A stretch of 31,015 nucleotides of DNA from an uncultured Elusimicrobia bacterium (lineage in GTDB: Bacteria > Elusimicrobiota > Elusimicrobia > UBA1565 > UBA9628): positions 9,918-40,932 of the forward strand of contig CAZTZW010000002.1 in the NCBI GenBank assembly GCA_964618085.1. The letters run 5' to 3'. Position numbers and translations under genes: made by a program. The first letter of the stretch is position 1; each line of letters begins with the position of its first letter. Under the pieces are notes generated by a model. The model was not told where the DNA came from and did no database searches. It saw only the letters and a program-made list of their open reading frames with translations. Below are positions 29,001 to 30,553 of this stretch, in pieces.

Positions 29001-30553
29001 ATGTCCGAGCTGAGGCTGTCCGCGGCGTCCCAGTTCGTCGTATTCCACTGGCGATACGGGATGATCGATGCGTTGCGCTCGTAGACGATCTGCTCGCCGT
29101 CGCTATCGTAGCTCCAGCGATCGGGGTTGTTGCCGGTACCGCCCGTGATATCCGAAGCCAAGAGGGTCGCTGTCACGTCCCATGCGTTGCCACCGGAATC
29201 CCAGCGCTGGAACATGAGGTTGCCGTAGTTGTTGACGGTGAACAAGAAGAGATTATCCGTGCCCGCCTCGCGCACGAGCCGCTGGGTCTCGATGAAGGTC
29301 GAGGAGCCGTTGCCGTTGTCCACAGAGGAACCCGAGTTCTCGGCGGACCAGCCGCCGCCCGAAGTCCAGGTCCGGTAGCGCGGGGTGGCGACGCCGTTCT
29401 CCACATAAGTGACCAAGGCGCGACTCGAAGACTCTTCGAAGGAAAGTCCGATGTCGGGACGCGTGTTGGCTTGCAACGCGGTCTCCACCGCGCTGTCTTG
29501 GGTGGTATTCACCCAGGCGGCGCCGTTCCAGGTGGCCAGGGACAGGTCGCTGCCTTGGTCCACGCGAGCCATAGCGATGTTGTTGGAACCGGCGGCGGGG
29601 TCGGCCGCCAGGTAGATCCAGTTGGTATCCTGGTTGCCCGCATTCTCCAGGTCGGGCGTGTCCGTGCCCGCCGCCCAGACGCCCACGAGACTCAAGGTGG
29701 CCGTCTCATGAACGCCTCCGGCGCCGGACGCCGTAGGCGCGACGACGACCAAGCCGATGCCGGAAGCGGAAGAGAAGGCGATATCGAAGCCGCGCGTAGC
29801 GGGGTTGTCCACCGTCGTCGCGGCGATGATGACGCCGTTGGTCAGGTTGGAGGAGGTCCAAGTATTGCCGTTGAAATAGGCGCCGTAGAGCTCGCCGCCG
29901 CTGTCCTGCAGCACCGCGCCGAACTGCTTCTGGGTCGAGTCGCGCGGACGGCCTTCGATGCGGGCCCAACGCACCGAGTTGCCGCTGGTATTGACGGCCA
30001 CGCCGAAGGCGCGACCGGTCTGCCAACCGTTACCGCCGCCCGACACCGGCCCGTTCCAGCTGGCCCAACGCGCGTTCGTGGTCGTGGCCGCGTTGGTGGC
30101 GTCGCTGTAGACGATGACGGCCGTGCTGCCCGCCCACTCATAAGCGACGTCGAAAGGCTGGGTCGCCAAGGTGGGCGTGGTCTGCAGGCCGGTCTGGAGG
30201 GTGACCTCGTCTCCCCAGGTCGTCGCGACGGGGTCGTAGACCTGTGCCCACAGGCGGCCCGTGTCGTCCAAGATGACCAGGATCTTCTCGCCCGCGCGAG
30301 GCGAGTTCGGCGGAGCCACCACCAGTCGCGTCCACTGAGCGTTGGCTTCAGAACCAAGAAGCTCCTTGGCGACGCTCTCCGCGCCGAACGAAGCGCCGCC
30401 CCAGGTCCGCAGGTTGGGCTTGGTCTCGGCGCGATTGAACATGATCATAGCCTCGCCCGCCGAACTATCGGCGAGGCGGGGCGCGGCGACCATAAGCGCT
30501 GGCAGGAGCGTCCCCAAGGCGAGGGCGATCCGGCTCAGGCGCGAGGACCTCAT
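1..30553 (-). CDS. Giant secreted multi-domain surface protein / putative adhesin (at least 10,184 aa, 3'-truncated by the window edge)
   Basis: ATG at 30551-30553 has an in-frame TAA two codons upstream (30557-30559), which fixes the start. Translation begins MRSSRLSRIALALGTLLPALMVAAPRLADSSAGEAMIMF and is still coherent at the left edge (...AEYPDKMRVTVQDALDGPIG). No minus-strand ORF in the track lies in this frame (all end at coordinates 0 or 2 mod 3, none at 1 mod 3), which is expected if the frame has no stop. The long plus-strand ORFs are codon-aligned with this frame. Codon third positions are strongly G/C in this frame (20/20 at 2-61 and at 6542-6601). Confidence 0.96.
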   Translation of the reverse strand, partial: MRSSRLSRIALALGTLLPALMVAAPRLADSSAGEAMIMFNRAETKPNLRTWGGASFGAESVAKELLGSEANAQWTRLVVAPPNSPRAGEKILVILDDTGRLWAQVYDPVATTWGDEVTLQTGLQTTPTLATQPFDVAYEWAGSTAVIVYSDATNAATTTNARWASWNGPVSGGGNGWQTGRAFGVAVNTSGNSVRWARIEGRPRDSTQKQFGAVLQDSGGELYGAYFNGNTWTSSNLTNGVIIAATTVDNPATRGFDIAFSSASGIGLVVVAPTASGAGGVHETATLSLVGVWAAGTDTPDLENAGNQDTNWIYLAADPAAGSNNIAMARVDQGSDLSLATWNGAAWVNTTQDSAVETALQANTRPDIGLSFEESSSRALVTYVENGVATPRYRTWTSGGGWSAENSGSSVDNGNGSSTFIETQRLVREAGTDNLFLFTVNNYGNLMFQRWDSGGNAWDVTATLLASDITGGTGNNPDRWSYDSDGEQIVYERNASIIPYRQWNTTNWDAADSLSSDIGGAPYQVSLRASPRRNEKLATFVDNNGDVNTAIWNGTSWAAAFEHTVGLDVAARYNVFKAAEAAYETSTGDSLIVYSNGSATPQYRTRADGAASWSTAIAVPAWPGTGTPVFVRLEPSPNRDSNSILLVVQDSNDDLFAAHWTGTGWSAVTTFETALSQAGTLENRTQVFDVAWTSAGVKGLLTWGPNAPVTQNTPYYAVWYASMTSWSAALIGPDLSDGGNELPRWVKLAGNPTSQLIALGVEDNSNDLNVTIFNGANDTWGNTNIGLEGAVVSVNSAYRPFDLAYERSGGQLLLAYADGSNNIRYNTFNGTAWAGEVTTADNVGAPRAVSIVSNPLDPAIDEMFVTVLNTARQLRIYRWNGATFDSAFQPTVYGGFPWATNLYAGEGFSIAYTRDFTEPTAYVELPVHNDHYAALTTITGTSSDGIGNNVSETARVEVEIQDLSNNQYRNVAGGAWQVGQIWNPATGANPWQITGLGAIWTTTRQYRVRVRAVDNTGNVQGTPTTADFVFDTQNPTGAVTHPVNLNAPTFSGYYRAFQLTTLSGTAGDISPGQVQNLNFQLRRIISGTTEYWNRASETWGGTGVYFSTVSCGLTCWNSGTGAWRSTFPVSAWSDGATYYFSLQVADKAGNWRVGGTTNAFVVDETTPVVSISLPSVNEGVYRGFTQVVGTSLDSFPVKVSSVSLRDLGTNNCWSGTTFDQGCPFWINATGGNSWTYAFNSGLFNNARIALSAIAEDAAGNLTLTSTDRTFRVDNTTPTAGASVPIALSTRTTLTLIQGTATDNSNGFLEGVRLRIYRHKDNLYWNGASWGAVATAINALDSRVPKNTTFADPTEIFSQAWELGFNDVDWAANSLGGPTPWTDDEISGSSFTLRVTARDRARDANNSLFSHEHNFNGPLISSHTFFWDVVKPTNSITHPVHLNTLGPGATTFAGGYYDKHAGVNRVEYQIQRQSDGLFWLGGAAWGAQPANWPDATLNPSSWTFTSPAFTVGDSGISYVLYTRACDRGGDTADTDCASGTKLSNVEAGFTVGINSVTFSVDAVNPLSAVTTPNQSQINRLPTISGTASDFSALALTEVAIASSPGGSCAGGSPAVGCRWWSGFTSAWVSFATYTPTTVQGSPWSYTVPGAIGFVDARDYEIIPRARDSVGNVAEGTPRIFTWDVTAPLGNIAVPSSGTAVTSINSISGTASDANSGLPNQAEIFIRREGTSLYWDPNGVAGGANQFNPSGSPIWFLLADSASDGLWAYNSSGVAWTNGIRYELSTRIRDFATNETGQSSPGVAGTGAQVTPVFFDVDRPTAAFTNLTNGSFVSALATLTGTASDLGSGLNGGRVSNVYVHVYRQGLDQTWNWNTSGWVSSDEEAGIADPAMEPDFWRSVTYTPHTGLSSGTWSLAVPFIAGNSGEVFRVVVRAKDWTGSVQVMPSTVTFTLDEYQPTPERPSAAISAPSAGLHTRSTFTFATGSSVDNTGGRLAAVRVSLRRFTPPTTSYWTGLAWSGTEPNPWPNAAAQDGLYDEDSEDWSFSMPPAAEWTDNLGYDMRSQAVDQAGNASVVSWSTAAFVYDTYRPTATITSPANGGFISQAGLVSGNAVDTGAGIVDVVQVRVRRLSDGFYLNLSAGPNGSWVAGGPEIWNNSSVTGSGPWSFTLSSAAWTSGLSYEAHARAIDRATGMQVSYSTIAFSADFTKPASVVTFPVHGTTPDSLATLSGTSQDTGLSGLRSIYVAYYRPSPANWWNKATKLFDLPDASVPPDVPGAASNYWVAASSDNGNPANWFVTGASTPSFVAGVSYHIMAAADDYASNVEDRVSVAGPNTSRVAFTAPSPASLIQKPDATTPHFRSNLATLSGTVNDAASGVEVRIQDVTGAPLTWDGAVWQAGALNIWISTPLAGRSWAHTILPASYTSLNKYQLESRATPGPEAPPKGPRDYYIDDAAPLAAVTMPDVAFKRSLAALSGTAVDGADALTGAQKTVYFRLSRVEVGVQYWNPTVSTYTASAADCITTTDATCLTPNVGALPANTYAVTHASFTDSTAFEADRAYTAILVARDRAGNGTTINRPFTWDVTAPTSGITLPNGSTPLRTLGSPQVSGTANDTFSVHAISASVRSLRNGLCYNPGTLFFTETCPFWLATSSTPAADWSLTDANLNAALATFSTYYTVLSRAVDVAGNGQTSFVASVSSRTFLVDAVPPTTVITLPGHGNAYRGSQLSGVSNPFAGTATDPGAPFNSGLRRVDIRLSYVAGDTWYWQGTVFSSGTGVSNSGWFPATDTLWSSIGAVTWRSADTQYRLESRAEDASFLKDGTVSGNVSVPATVGTDIVDFVVDDTIPTTGLTAPLGANVSALGSIAGTADGDLAGISRVELRIQRTAGGPDEDWTGSSWTALNDHYSTAAVGGTFGLQSWTYSDLAGAFGNDQQYRLFVRVVDRAGNVRSAPGGGDHTFRYDSVAPSLTVSFPAAPPALPPYSNNPDSTRFSTHTWGTVGDAGVVPSGVREVWVAISSGAAQNMWWSDASRSFSVSLSTIHWSSQVYRAGQNTWDYSVPQLETQLNAGGDGVNFSVFVYARDVASNTVNFSLGMLPGASAAGQTQAFKYDISNPTSTVAVPANAANLNALTTFSGQYVETGSGVSGIQRAYLAVRHNDGGSAPIGWWNWGTGAFDTGISDPPPAPPSSAWTQVSSTSLQGVTALAWSTAVPVGMLESSATYRAVTVALDNATNIQQNPAVAGAGAAFRYDTQVPTAAITSPVNSVYLNAVALGSLLGTANDETTGASGLQTVQILLKLQDDQSYWNGSVTGNIATDWDTSPTKHAQWRGVTGLTSWSQAFPPLTNADSRAFRVWVRATDRAGNTSATPSNGQLDANLNADGSPALVFNYDNTTPLSRVTYPPAYSQSAPATITGTAVDEPVAFNPSGVNDVRLKVRRSDGQYWNLFGGAWGADPGFLNNSRSGLNPWTFTAFVGAFADGYRYDVNSQSFDAATNVETAYSTYTFVVDLTTPASRVNWPHDGAFVSSSIVTIVGTADDRFCFFNGGLCAPGTRSFEAGFQNSSVTIAVAEINVTTTWWTGTSFASGVPVWSTAVFTGSSSGTWTFPLSAGALTSNRVYKVVSRSKDRADNQEVVLTTNTFVFDTTAPVSIATAPTGFNAGATAIYGTASDANPGQLSVVRLTIQETACSGGTCNIGDYWNGSAWQGAPIEISSGVIGAVVSPGVRQWVYDATTTAWDNRSTYTVTARAVDVIGNVESAHGLFDIQFYLQSPDATLALTQPPAPDLQHYGPNSAGTVNTIIGNGSNMRLANGVELVLQRLTPPASYWTEGTTSWGSAPSINNINVVAGTPQNWSRSITSAYHVDNASYSVAATAINASGIPGNTDSRTFVFDRVTLVTVVTSPSGTPCAGAGACLNSLPVLAGTATDPGAVVAQSVAQTGVKFRLKDNPANRYWNGTAFQVGAFEFGPGSFAGTTLFTFSTTTLAGPALQDGVDYTVYAHAADKALNDQTVEASMANFTFVYDTSTPVGLLVSPSSGQVYLDLSVISGTSFDPDGVYGSNRKSDVRKVELEIYEPHNDQYWSDTGSDFNQSLSSFNAVVGTGPWTYSNPALTGALESGRGYRITVRALDFAGNIQGQFSSPLSSRTLSIDKAAPLAGFIKPANGQSYKSSDLTGGSALTGTAVDSEAALYPSNDALQNVNTVIWYLLGGTSYYYTGVIGSNGTKFSSNTVESSEWRVATGTDSWRLFFDSLDWIGDRQYYAKTRARDNARNASGAVVGNLGSTFASPVSQVSFVVDDTPPVSAVVTPAPGAFIQNLNALSGTSNAALSQASAYYLRAWYVVGASSHYWTGSSWGLANVQTQLPVQLSGSTGTVAWTYPGTLPGQSAPTITEADGTVYGVAIQARDNAGNLETPATVQVTLDRVGPVVTISTPMVSMPDYGAGRPLTSFLGGSTDAPGGTARVLVQIEDTTDNLKWNGTSWVVAGSTFLITSGTNPWTFVSPTWIDNKQYLLTAIATDTAGNVSGVTPVVSFKYDVNKPSTTILVPSQAFYPLGQPTTLSGTAVDWVTGLGVKSGLNRVEIAIREPDGDYWDGSTVFTPVINYRRVSTTTADPAAWQYPPSNPAGDVLPSWQDTVQYTVRLRSVDNTGNVENPEIVYSFTYDAQAPTTTISTPIDDSYATAFVLSSGTYAEATSGLVQMYVAVRENLTLNWWNGAAFAPFGGASWRPTQVHTSSWSFTDAALSADIASRAQPRTYTFYVRGIDGAGNQNRAGTEPLTPGNDLRIDYFAPVSGFTHPTNNSALVGGATPIAGTADDQSTAGTQGIGMAQVQLSVSRENSVAFREYWDGIGWFAANPGFVIPTTLLGGAQTITPFQSQPANLPEGAFADGYRYRVVARARDQFSFTDATYSTTTFIMDRSTPTATILRPDRPYVSTNTLSVSSGSFTEPLVGGNIPSGLAQVLVQIEDVSDLATPPHAVPLCGGSCRWYNGSSWQSVPVNIAATAYQSSWVITGLPSGTGASAVAPSFTRGDLSPNGRQYVVRVAATDQAGNAGAFPNYFTAVTTITFDGTTPTSGVTFPAGPDDTTTTSLASITGTASDALVNASSSAVRFTYLSIWNNDTNPGDPNANSYWNESAGSWATPGGPPIWNPAVYNAGTGEWAFSSPSIDTNLRNLSFYTMISSAVDNAGNVQTPTPVAGTPGRRRLQFQPPPAVTAVSVPVSLTRYNQLAGMQGTANVNTISVKFQIKRLDTNQCWGGGTTGHGWVGCGVDDSTNTRVVLPVAGNWGYPPAGEVLPTWSTVNNTTFTVKTTGVNLAGIDELAPQQVNFYIDLSSPTSSVSFPVNTTFVSTHPVLRGGSTDFLSVGAGAVGAGIKDPNGVRFRLRRLDNNFYWDHLTSTWVVGVTASTAVYLPGSNTWTYQSSTPTLTWMDGLTYSLDVFAEDRAQGAASGNTEIPAAPITFGYDSSRPLVGITAPVNPPARHGQLTLASIAGTASATAPNTVRKVQLRVFSEAGGQFANPASGLSFNQPDGDLAWFDATHAGSWINWTASSAVPYVNGGTYTVVARSENGAGTYAVPYSSVVVVYDNLAPQSGVTTPAHASVINSLSALGGTVSDLPVGNPGLVPTMRLRFKRLSDGAYWDGAPGAGAWQPGPVPQTLAAAQGVTPSVPTWSMAGINRPTPADLTSGTSYYLTSSGLDNAAGGGNAELFDSPRGSTFTYDVTPGYAAVLFPLPGVFRNSMAVVSGVSSDNVAVSTVQLSVQNTSIASPNCYDSALNNFTAACPAWFGAKGSTATWNFTFGVQPWTQAHVYVFHSSATDLAAVAQTVVSSTSFTYDVVVPTAAVDAPVSAGALSPLLASISGTALDAPSGIGTLRLAVSSAAGAGGWYNGTSFNGGLETYFSTSAYSFGPDVWGWVYPALTNGQAYVLRSSATDRAGNSRAQDFAFTFDSSLPAATVSDPVQGGFKGVNFAVTGGSSDPDPDGIGPLSATGVSTVSVSIQRLGTNLCYVYGGGFSAPCPNFIPAGGAVGAWTFTANPNPYTSGVSYIVAARATDNAGNEQAVFTPAVSSVTFVYNTAVPTVGVTFPNQTRHRSLTTISGTAADAVPTALGQVEVRILQQTGLTRYYNAGSGFFDIQPNPIPAETAWLQAASASVPLWTSWTLSSGTPFQSGTQYRIEARARNQSGNYSTTYSSQTVIFDTDPPVTDVRLPVNVSTISSLSSMSGTANDVAGSLPGLVDDVRLQLVRLSDGFRWDSASWVAGAAQMTENEGIQVHQTSWTLVTNLPAANNLPTGLQHGASYYATTSGLDDSFSGGNAEPFFTPARASTFTVDLVGPNVGFQAPSDGSVLATLAKIRGTAVDALAGVSAASQIDVAIGEMSPGQGCWDGSVTPGTFTLTGCPIYYPIASGGRNGTFAGGVWDMDAPALTTQYTYRVWVRARDNAVPAANVSSAGQISTTTFSFNTSLPAVALTSPPSLPATGGNRSVAFGIAGTASETFGVAAASVAYQEADSGMWYSHISGTFSATSPVWRPTVLSGTVPNYTFTATPPVLPASAGRDYNIVPKAIGSTGLEGVGSANTVKWDTTAPGSGVSAPGASSYGKALALVSGTAVDAGGAPAGVAGTQLQIKRVSDNICWNGATWIANCSTEASWLTPVTGSPWTKNTQLPPPNNLPGGLQDGERYDLASRAFDFAANTQTALTTNIFRFDVSSPTAFVQLPANGARYSSLPLVSGTAQDAAPGLTTFPQVRIYNIALNQYWVDGTGWVSSGFPGFPELWNVALDSQTAVGGIGDGNAYTWRYNASAVAWADNNGQLRVESRVTDAAGNYTSASSTFSFDATRPASVVTYPTANGQTFSSMTSIQGTSSDITSNVADVRVKMWYVTGPTTYYWSPAPPHWGLVDGGFFSINGSGGPFGVNNPWDYNSTQVPDFATPGTLNYAWKEGTHDGLNGKTFNIITQAVDEAGNVQTALSTRTFRFDNVPPLSGPVAPIPDSAYNSLTVLSGTSVDAESSVSAVAVSIFEEETSRWFDGTSFVAGPQVWMPVLPLNLFPSSWTFTNGSLAYAPSRHYVVRSSATDSVGNRQTASGFARFLFDTAEPTSAVANPVNLTTYDDTKILVGSSSDPGFTSGINGTGSGVFPTLGWHQGAVEVAVFRDTAPLISGGPIAPGGNDGSGYFWNGSTWVPAVAGTPVWVPASFADSFGGWQYSGLVCPTPNPTGIPCWVRGDPYVTWSRVRDNAGTLQSVVSAGPRYFISGIAQSFSIVVSSDPSTVGNDIQITVTARDGLNGTGGVASNYNQSVNFAMAGGPETMDTDFIADSVYGLPSTYTFTTGPGNDNGSKTFTLRMRRAGARVLRIEQTDNPALFGTLNFTTHRDAATRVQLIADADASCTGGPGQRPGPGVVTPGSEGRLGTPRTFVAGQTVQYCVQVTDNFYNVYMDSAATVYVSDGDPNNGAFAPGNDRFVSFTGSTTFNWTFVTASPAGQVVQSTGAGVFPNASNPASPVPVVGLPATRLVAVLPGETRVQGKFNVQPLGKSGAPNQTFAGSTYTVRVHAVDDFFNDDLSVSFPVQADIFPDLYSSSYTQSLTLGVTDFAFHPVVAGTHSIQVQAAALAAGTSFYVTPNSFEVWWSTPVKLQAVAEGQVAAPGRSPFDADPTSGGRSVAAPATLTAGVTTSIRINLTDAYFNVVRGTTPFIPLPSNIVMPLVRFDFLNDANIQGRLLAPNPYQRTLVAGTTTFTFPPVTRNAGLQVRASDTGATGTSYSTDTVTGIQVDANVPVSLLTLMPGESFVEGTVAGKSGTPSVLTAGQTYSVTARAVDLYNNRAVDGRPVRLDVNDVYATVPAQQPLALGQTVFSGFLPSAATGNLTVTAADDGVVPPFLSSLTVTGVSVIPNAPDRMIVLLPGQVLVPGKNIAPFGVGGPAAISTAGVFFTPTIYATDVRYNVVNSVTQSAIALTSDDPFASSLGSFAMVGGAASAPNLILRTAGSRVLTATDADAGAPALVAGVSGALPLNPNSTTRLRALTPLETRVPGSTTNGRTGSAYTTLAGVAFDATVDLTDAFWNLTPGASQEIRLVADDPFAVIVPTTQVITTSATYNVTLKRAGSTLLRAEMVNAVPPFGPVVAQDTATAVNVLPGVPTRLLTRLPGESFSQGSPTGKSGVATPQQAGASFSVQVGVVDAFFNIVTGRAADVKINTPSDGFALFVSTLGINPLAGITPPMTVTLRRAATDHFLSAVDYGSSGLSTDPQSSTFTVVPDLPMGLQVLMPGQTAVPGGGDYPNGGVTGTISTRTAGAPFTATINLVDRYMNPTSAGGFPFVHLTSNDEFDVDSATGPLAGGTLPAGMTLVTKTTGARLTAGVRGQPADLVCTGNTPSNICRAESPAAVTGAFKVYASTAVGLFVTVPGETYRPGKCDHLPGAVCRLLGPLEGAPGKDGTASAFVMTFPAGSMNADVWLVDQFYNPVTDNTGSSQDTNPVAVMPTVALNFPADSAAAVPAAQTLFQGNWTFGVTPLTSSTTWSIRVATTGASASTWSQASSALFPVHPGPAHHLHWGGLPATVAAGSAFSGDVTAHDQFHNRLSTGPNAYISNVTFSAELFGGNQDPEFSPSNNVTFSSTTDQGVRSLVSFAKLKKAGSRWLQAFQTALPGVNSEVAGFSVRPFITVTPGTPDSIKADGTIINDINVSVGSLVPNNPGFVDIRGQLTDSFDNPITSTQTVFVEVVDVVGAAGHLEVDNGAGYVNVGLSTRVISAVTGVVGASTPTVRYYVSSTAGDAARVWIGTMTAPTDRTLFISAKKNISGNLLSVGGLPSSLVFLSTPTAALVGVNDVAGAGGQYIIQRKDDFGNVTRQGPTTLLLDLEAADKTVHTDRGYALGLFGTTGDYGFRDASNSVFINSLSISDGQTGAEVPFRFHSRMSSYSGPGPSSNTAEGGRPGSWTIKVFLPGPTLALQHSLRMDPDEPKKVGFANPERTQVAGRVVDFGSTLARFTVQLQDQFSNPVVSTRNYVVDLATQSDRIPSKLNDYAAFSRSSDSLPGSRVSAPQFLTSTTTVDIPLGQYFATFYYMDTSASRNYDLTAGTKPVVTLASPGLFSAQQGVFIAPDTIDRLAFPTGAGQTLPAGTTSSLMVLETRDYYGNASPLLPGQDLGTGFVQLKLVTSSAGQVKFSTPTIGAFVSSTAVAYLPVNQSSVPFYMIDTLLTQPGSTHTLAALGVTYPTWAVGYSSYSVVSGPPAQIGWSTPPRRLVAGTTRQIEVGVPTNTVVAAQLLDQFGNVTSSTATFIIRYTSVRDTVYAGIDPAAVIVATAPSAFWNNIFTSHLDVIIPGGAGVSQAPMYFWDTLSGGTTVSAQAYLSGLPVLASTSQVHQITPGPGAYLTINHPYTLSNPLQVGVPGVLTIQARDLFGNPASGDAQNGNYYTSVVSFASSGSTSTVSLVDLITGTSYHQFTPAEGGVFSNFGVVNQVVETLNVRASDTANAAVYGFTNDGARVGLPANPALRSNGDVVFAGVVVTPADLAPENPLPPQKVALQVLRTALLQGDGTTTNSENPVAMLRMNMRIQPTGAPFTADLRSMRVQSRVQGNLDNNKIVELALYRDNPSAPNGQFEADQDVFLASGVYNGAGSWFFGTGAQPFLDTAFPGGEVTLNSTQDKFYFFTVRIASAGFGPTELPASFGLEMLGPSNITLAPGAPVGIAANNFTIRTATAPVEREAAQINILAEDINAWWQPPSTTTHQIGYVNQGTLNVGVLKLKLWTDAFTGTLASIRIAHSGTGLDSHISRVRLYLDTDSSQTSTVGDGQFGFTVDKQIATATFPPGETRTTNLVLTSPQSIDGTITTSTNTYYLVYDFDAGAAAGQTHGMTLQSGNIQALAGNGVPKPFGIVATTNVPVLATPDQITLTDWNRQGLTSGTVPTDAIPSRLTQNDNRQPVAKMTLRVNSGAAEWTGLKLDRWLPSSKITGAGYNPLFAQHNKADDITNIRVYLDTNNDGLLDVSTDAQISPLNAVTHLFPSIPTAVQLYATGTATGVDIPVTGLLANTMFPSDNPFTVNTENRLVLGDDQTDELLKEVVYCHGLDLPGNRYTNCDRAQEGTTQLDFPAGTILSGPARIPILSLIGGGGQVIQTTKLDYFVAYDVNPLASVSAQANLGLSIPNTSYYQIGAPKTMSVANVGVPPSGLSASFIPNLAEYPDKMRVTVQDALDGPIG
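302..580 (-). other. Inserted module of about 90 aa resembling phage tail-fibre/tail-protein N-terminal domains
   Basis: IPTAVQLYATGTATGVDIPVTGLLANTMFPSDNPFTVNTENRLVLGDDQTDELLKEVVYCHGLDLPGNRYTNCDRAQEGTTQLDFPAGTILSG, with RAQEGTT at 338-358. It interrupts the third LYxD repeat, and the two preceding units lack it. Similarity is recognised by motif only. Confidence 0.5.
2084..4957 (-). repeat. Seven further Ig-like modules: one bracket module plus six intimin/invasin-like DxFGNP modules
   Basis: Motifs AHDQFHNR, LTDSFDNPI, RKDDFGNV, LQDQFSNPV, TRDYYGNAS, LLDQFGNV and ARDLFGNPA. Most are preceded by ..L.F......(V/L)AG. The D-x-(F/Y)-G-N-P turn is typical of Big_1/invasin-type domains. Confidence 0.65.
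4958..8467 (-). repeat. Nine tandem 'LPGE' Ig-like modules (about 130 aa each)
   Basis: Consensus (R/K)L...LPG(E/Q)...PG...G(K/R)xG.P....AG..F...V...D.F.N. Examples: VAVLPGETRVQG...GKSGAP, LTLMPGESFVEG...GKSGTP, IVLLPGQVLVPG, LTRLPGESFSQG...GKSG, LQVLMPGQTAVPG, FVTVPGETYRPG. Confidence 0.8.
8828..27811 (-). repeat. Array of about 49 diverged bacterial Ig-like (BIg) repeats, about 129 aa each
   Basis: Recurring consensus DxxxP..(V/I)..P....L..ISGTAxD...V.V.I....YWNGxxW....W...W...W.DG..Y...RAxDxAGN....F. I counted 49 linker positions, spaced about 330-460 nt apart. The DxxxP and DxAGN signature matches SiiE/BapA-type BIg domains (Pfam Big_3, Big_6, Big_7 and Big_13 style); the exact family is not determined. 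Confidence 0.88.
27812..29100 (-). other. Predicted beta-propeller domain 2 (8 blades, paralogue of domain 1)
   Basis: Same A/B alternation: AAYETSTGDSLIVYSNGSATPQYRT, FVRLEPSP...VQDSNDDLFAAHWTGTGW, VFDVAWTSAG, RWVKLAGNP...EDNSNDLNVTIFNG, PFDLAYERSGGQLLLAY...RYNTFNGTAW. It ends with a closing strand GFSIAY. Confidence 0.6.
29101..30457 (-). other. Predicted beta-propeller domain 1 (8 blades, alternating A/B blade types)
   Basis: Four A-type blades (for example PFDVAYEWAGSTAVIVYSD, GFDIAFSSASGIGLVV, DIGLSFEESSSRALVTY...PRYRTW) alternate with four B-type blades (for example WARIEGRP...LQDSGGELYGAYFNGNTW, WIYLAADP...VDQGSDLSLATWNGAAW). The fold is inferred from the repeat pattern only. Confidence 0.6.
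30458..30553 (-). other. Predicted Sec/SPI signal peptide of the giant protein
   Basis: Basic n-region (R2, R5, R8), hydrophobic h-region IALALGTLLPALMVAA, and c-region PRLADSSA with possible cleavage after A-D-S or S-S-A. No lipobox Cys and no twin-arginine motif. Confidence 0.8.

Noticed and set aside
280-30357. Minus-strand off-frame ORFs rich in Arg, Pro and His (for example 1968-3791, 8574-11042, 11259-13196, 14415-16439)
   Set aside because: They overlap the real gene in alternative frames and have the low-complexity composition typical of frame-shifted GC-rich DNA.
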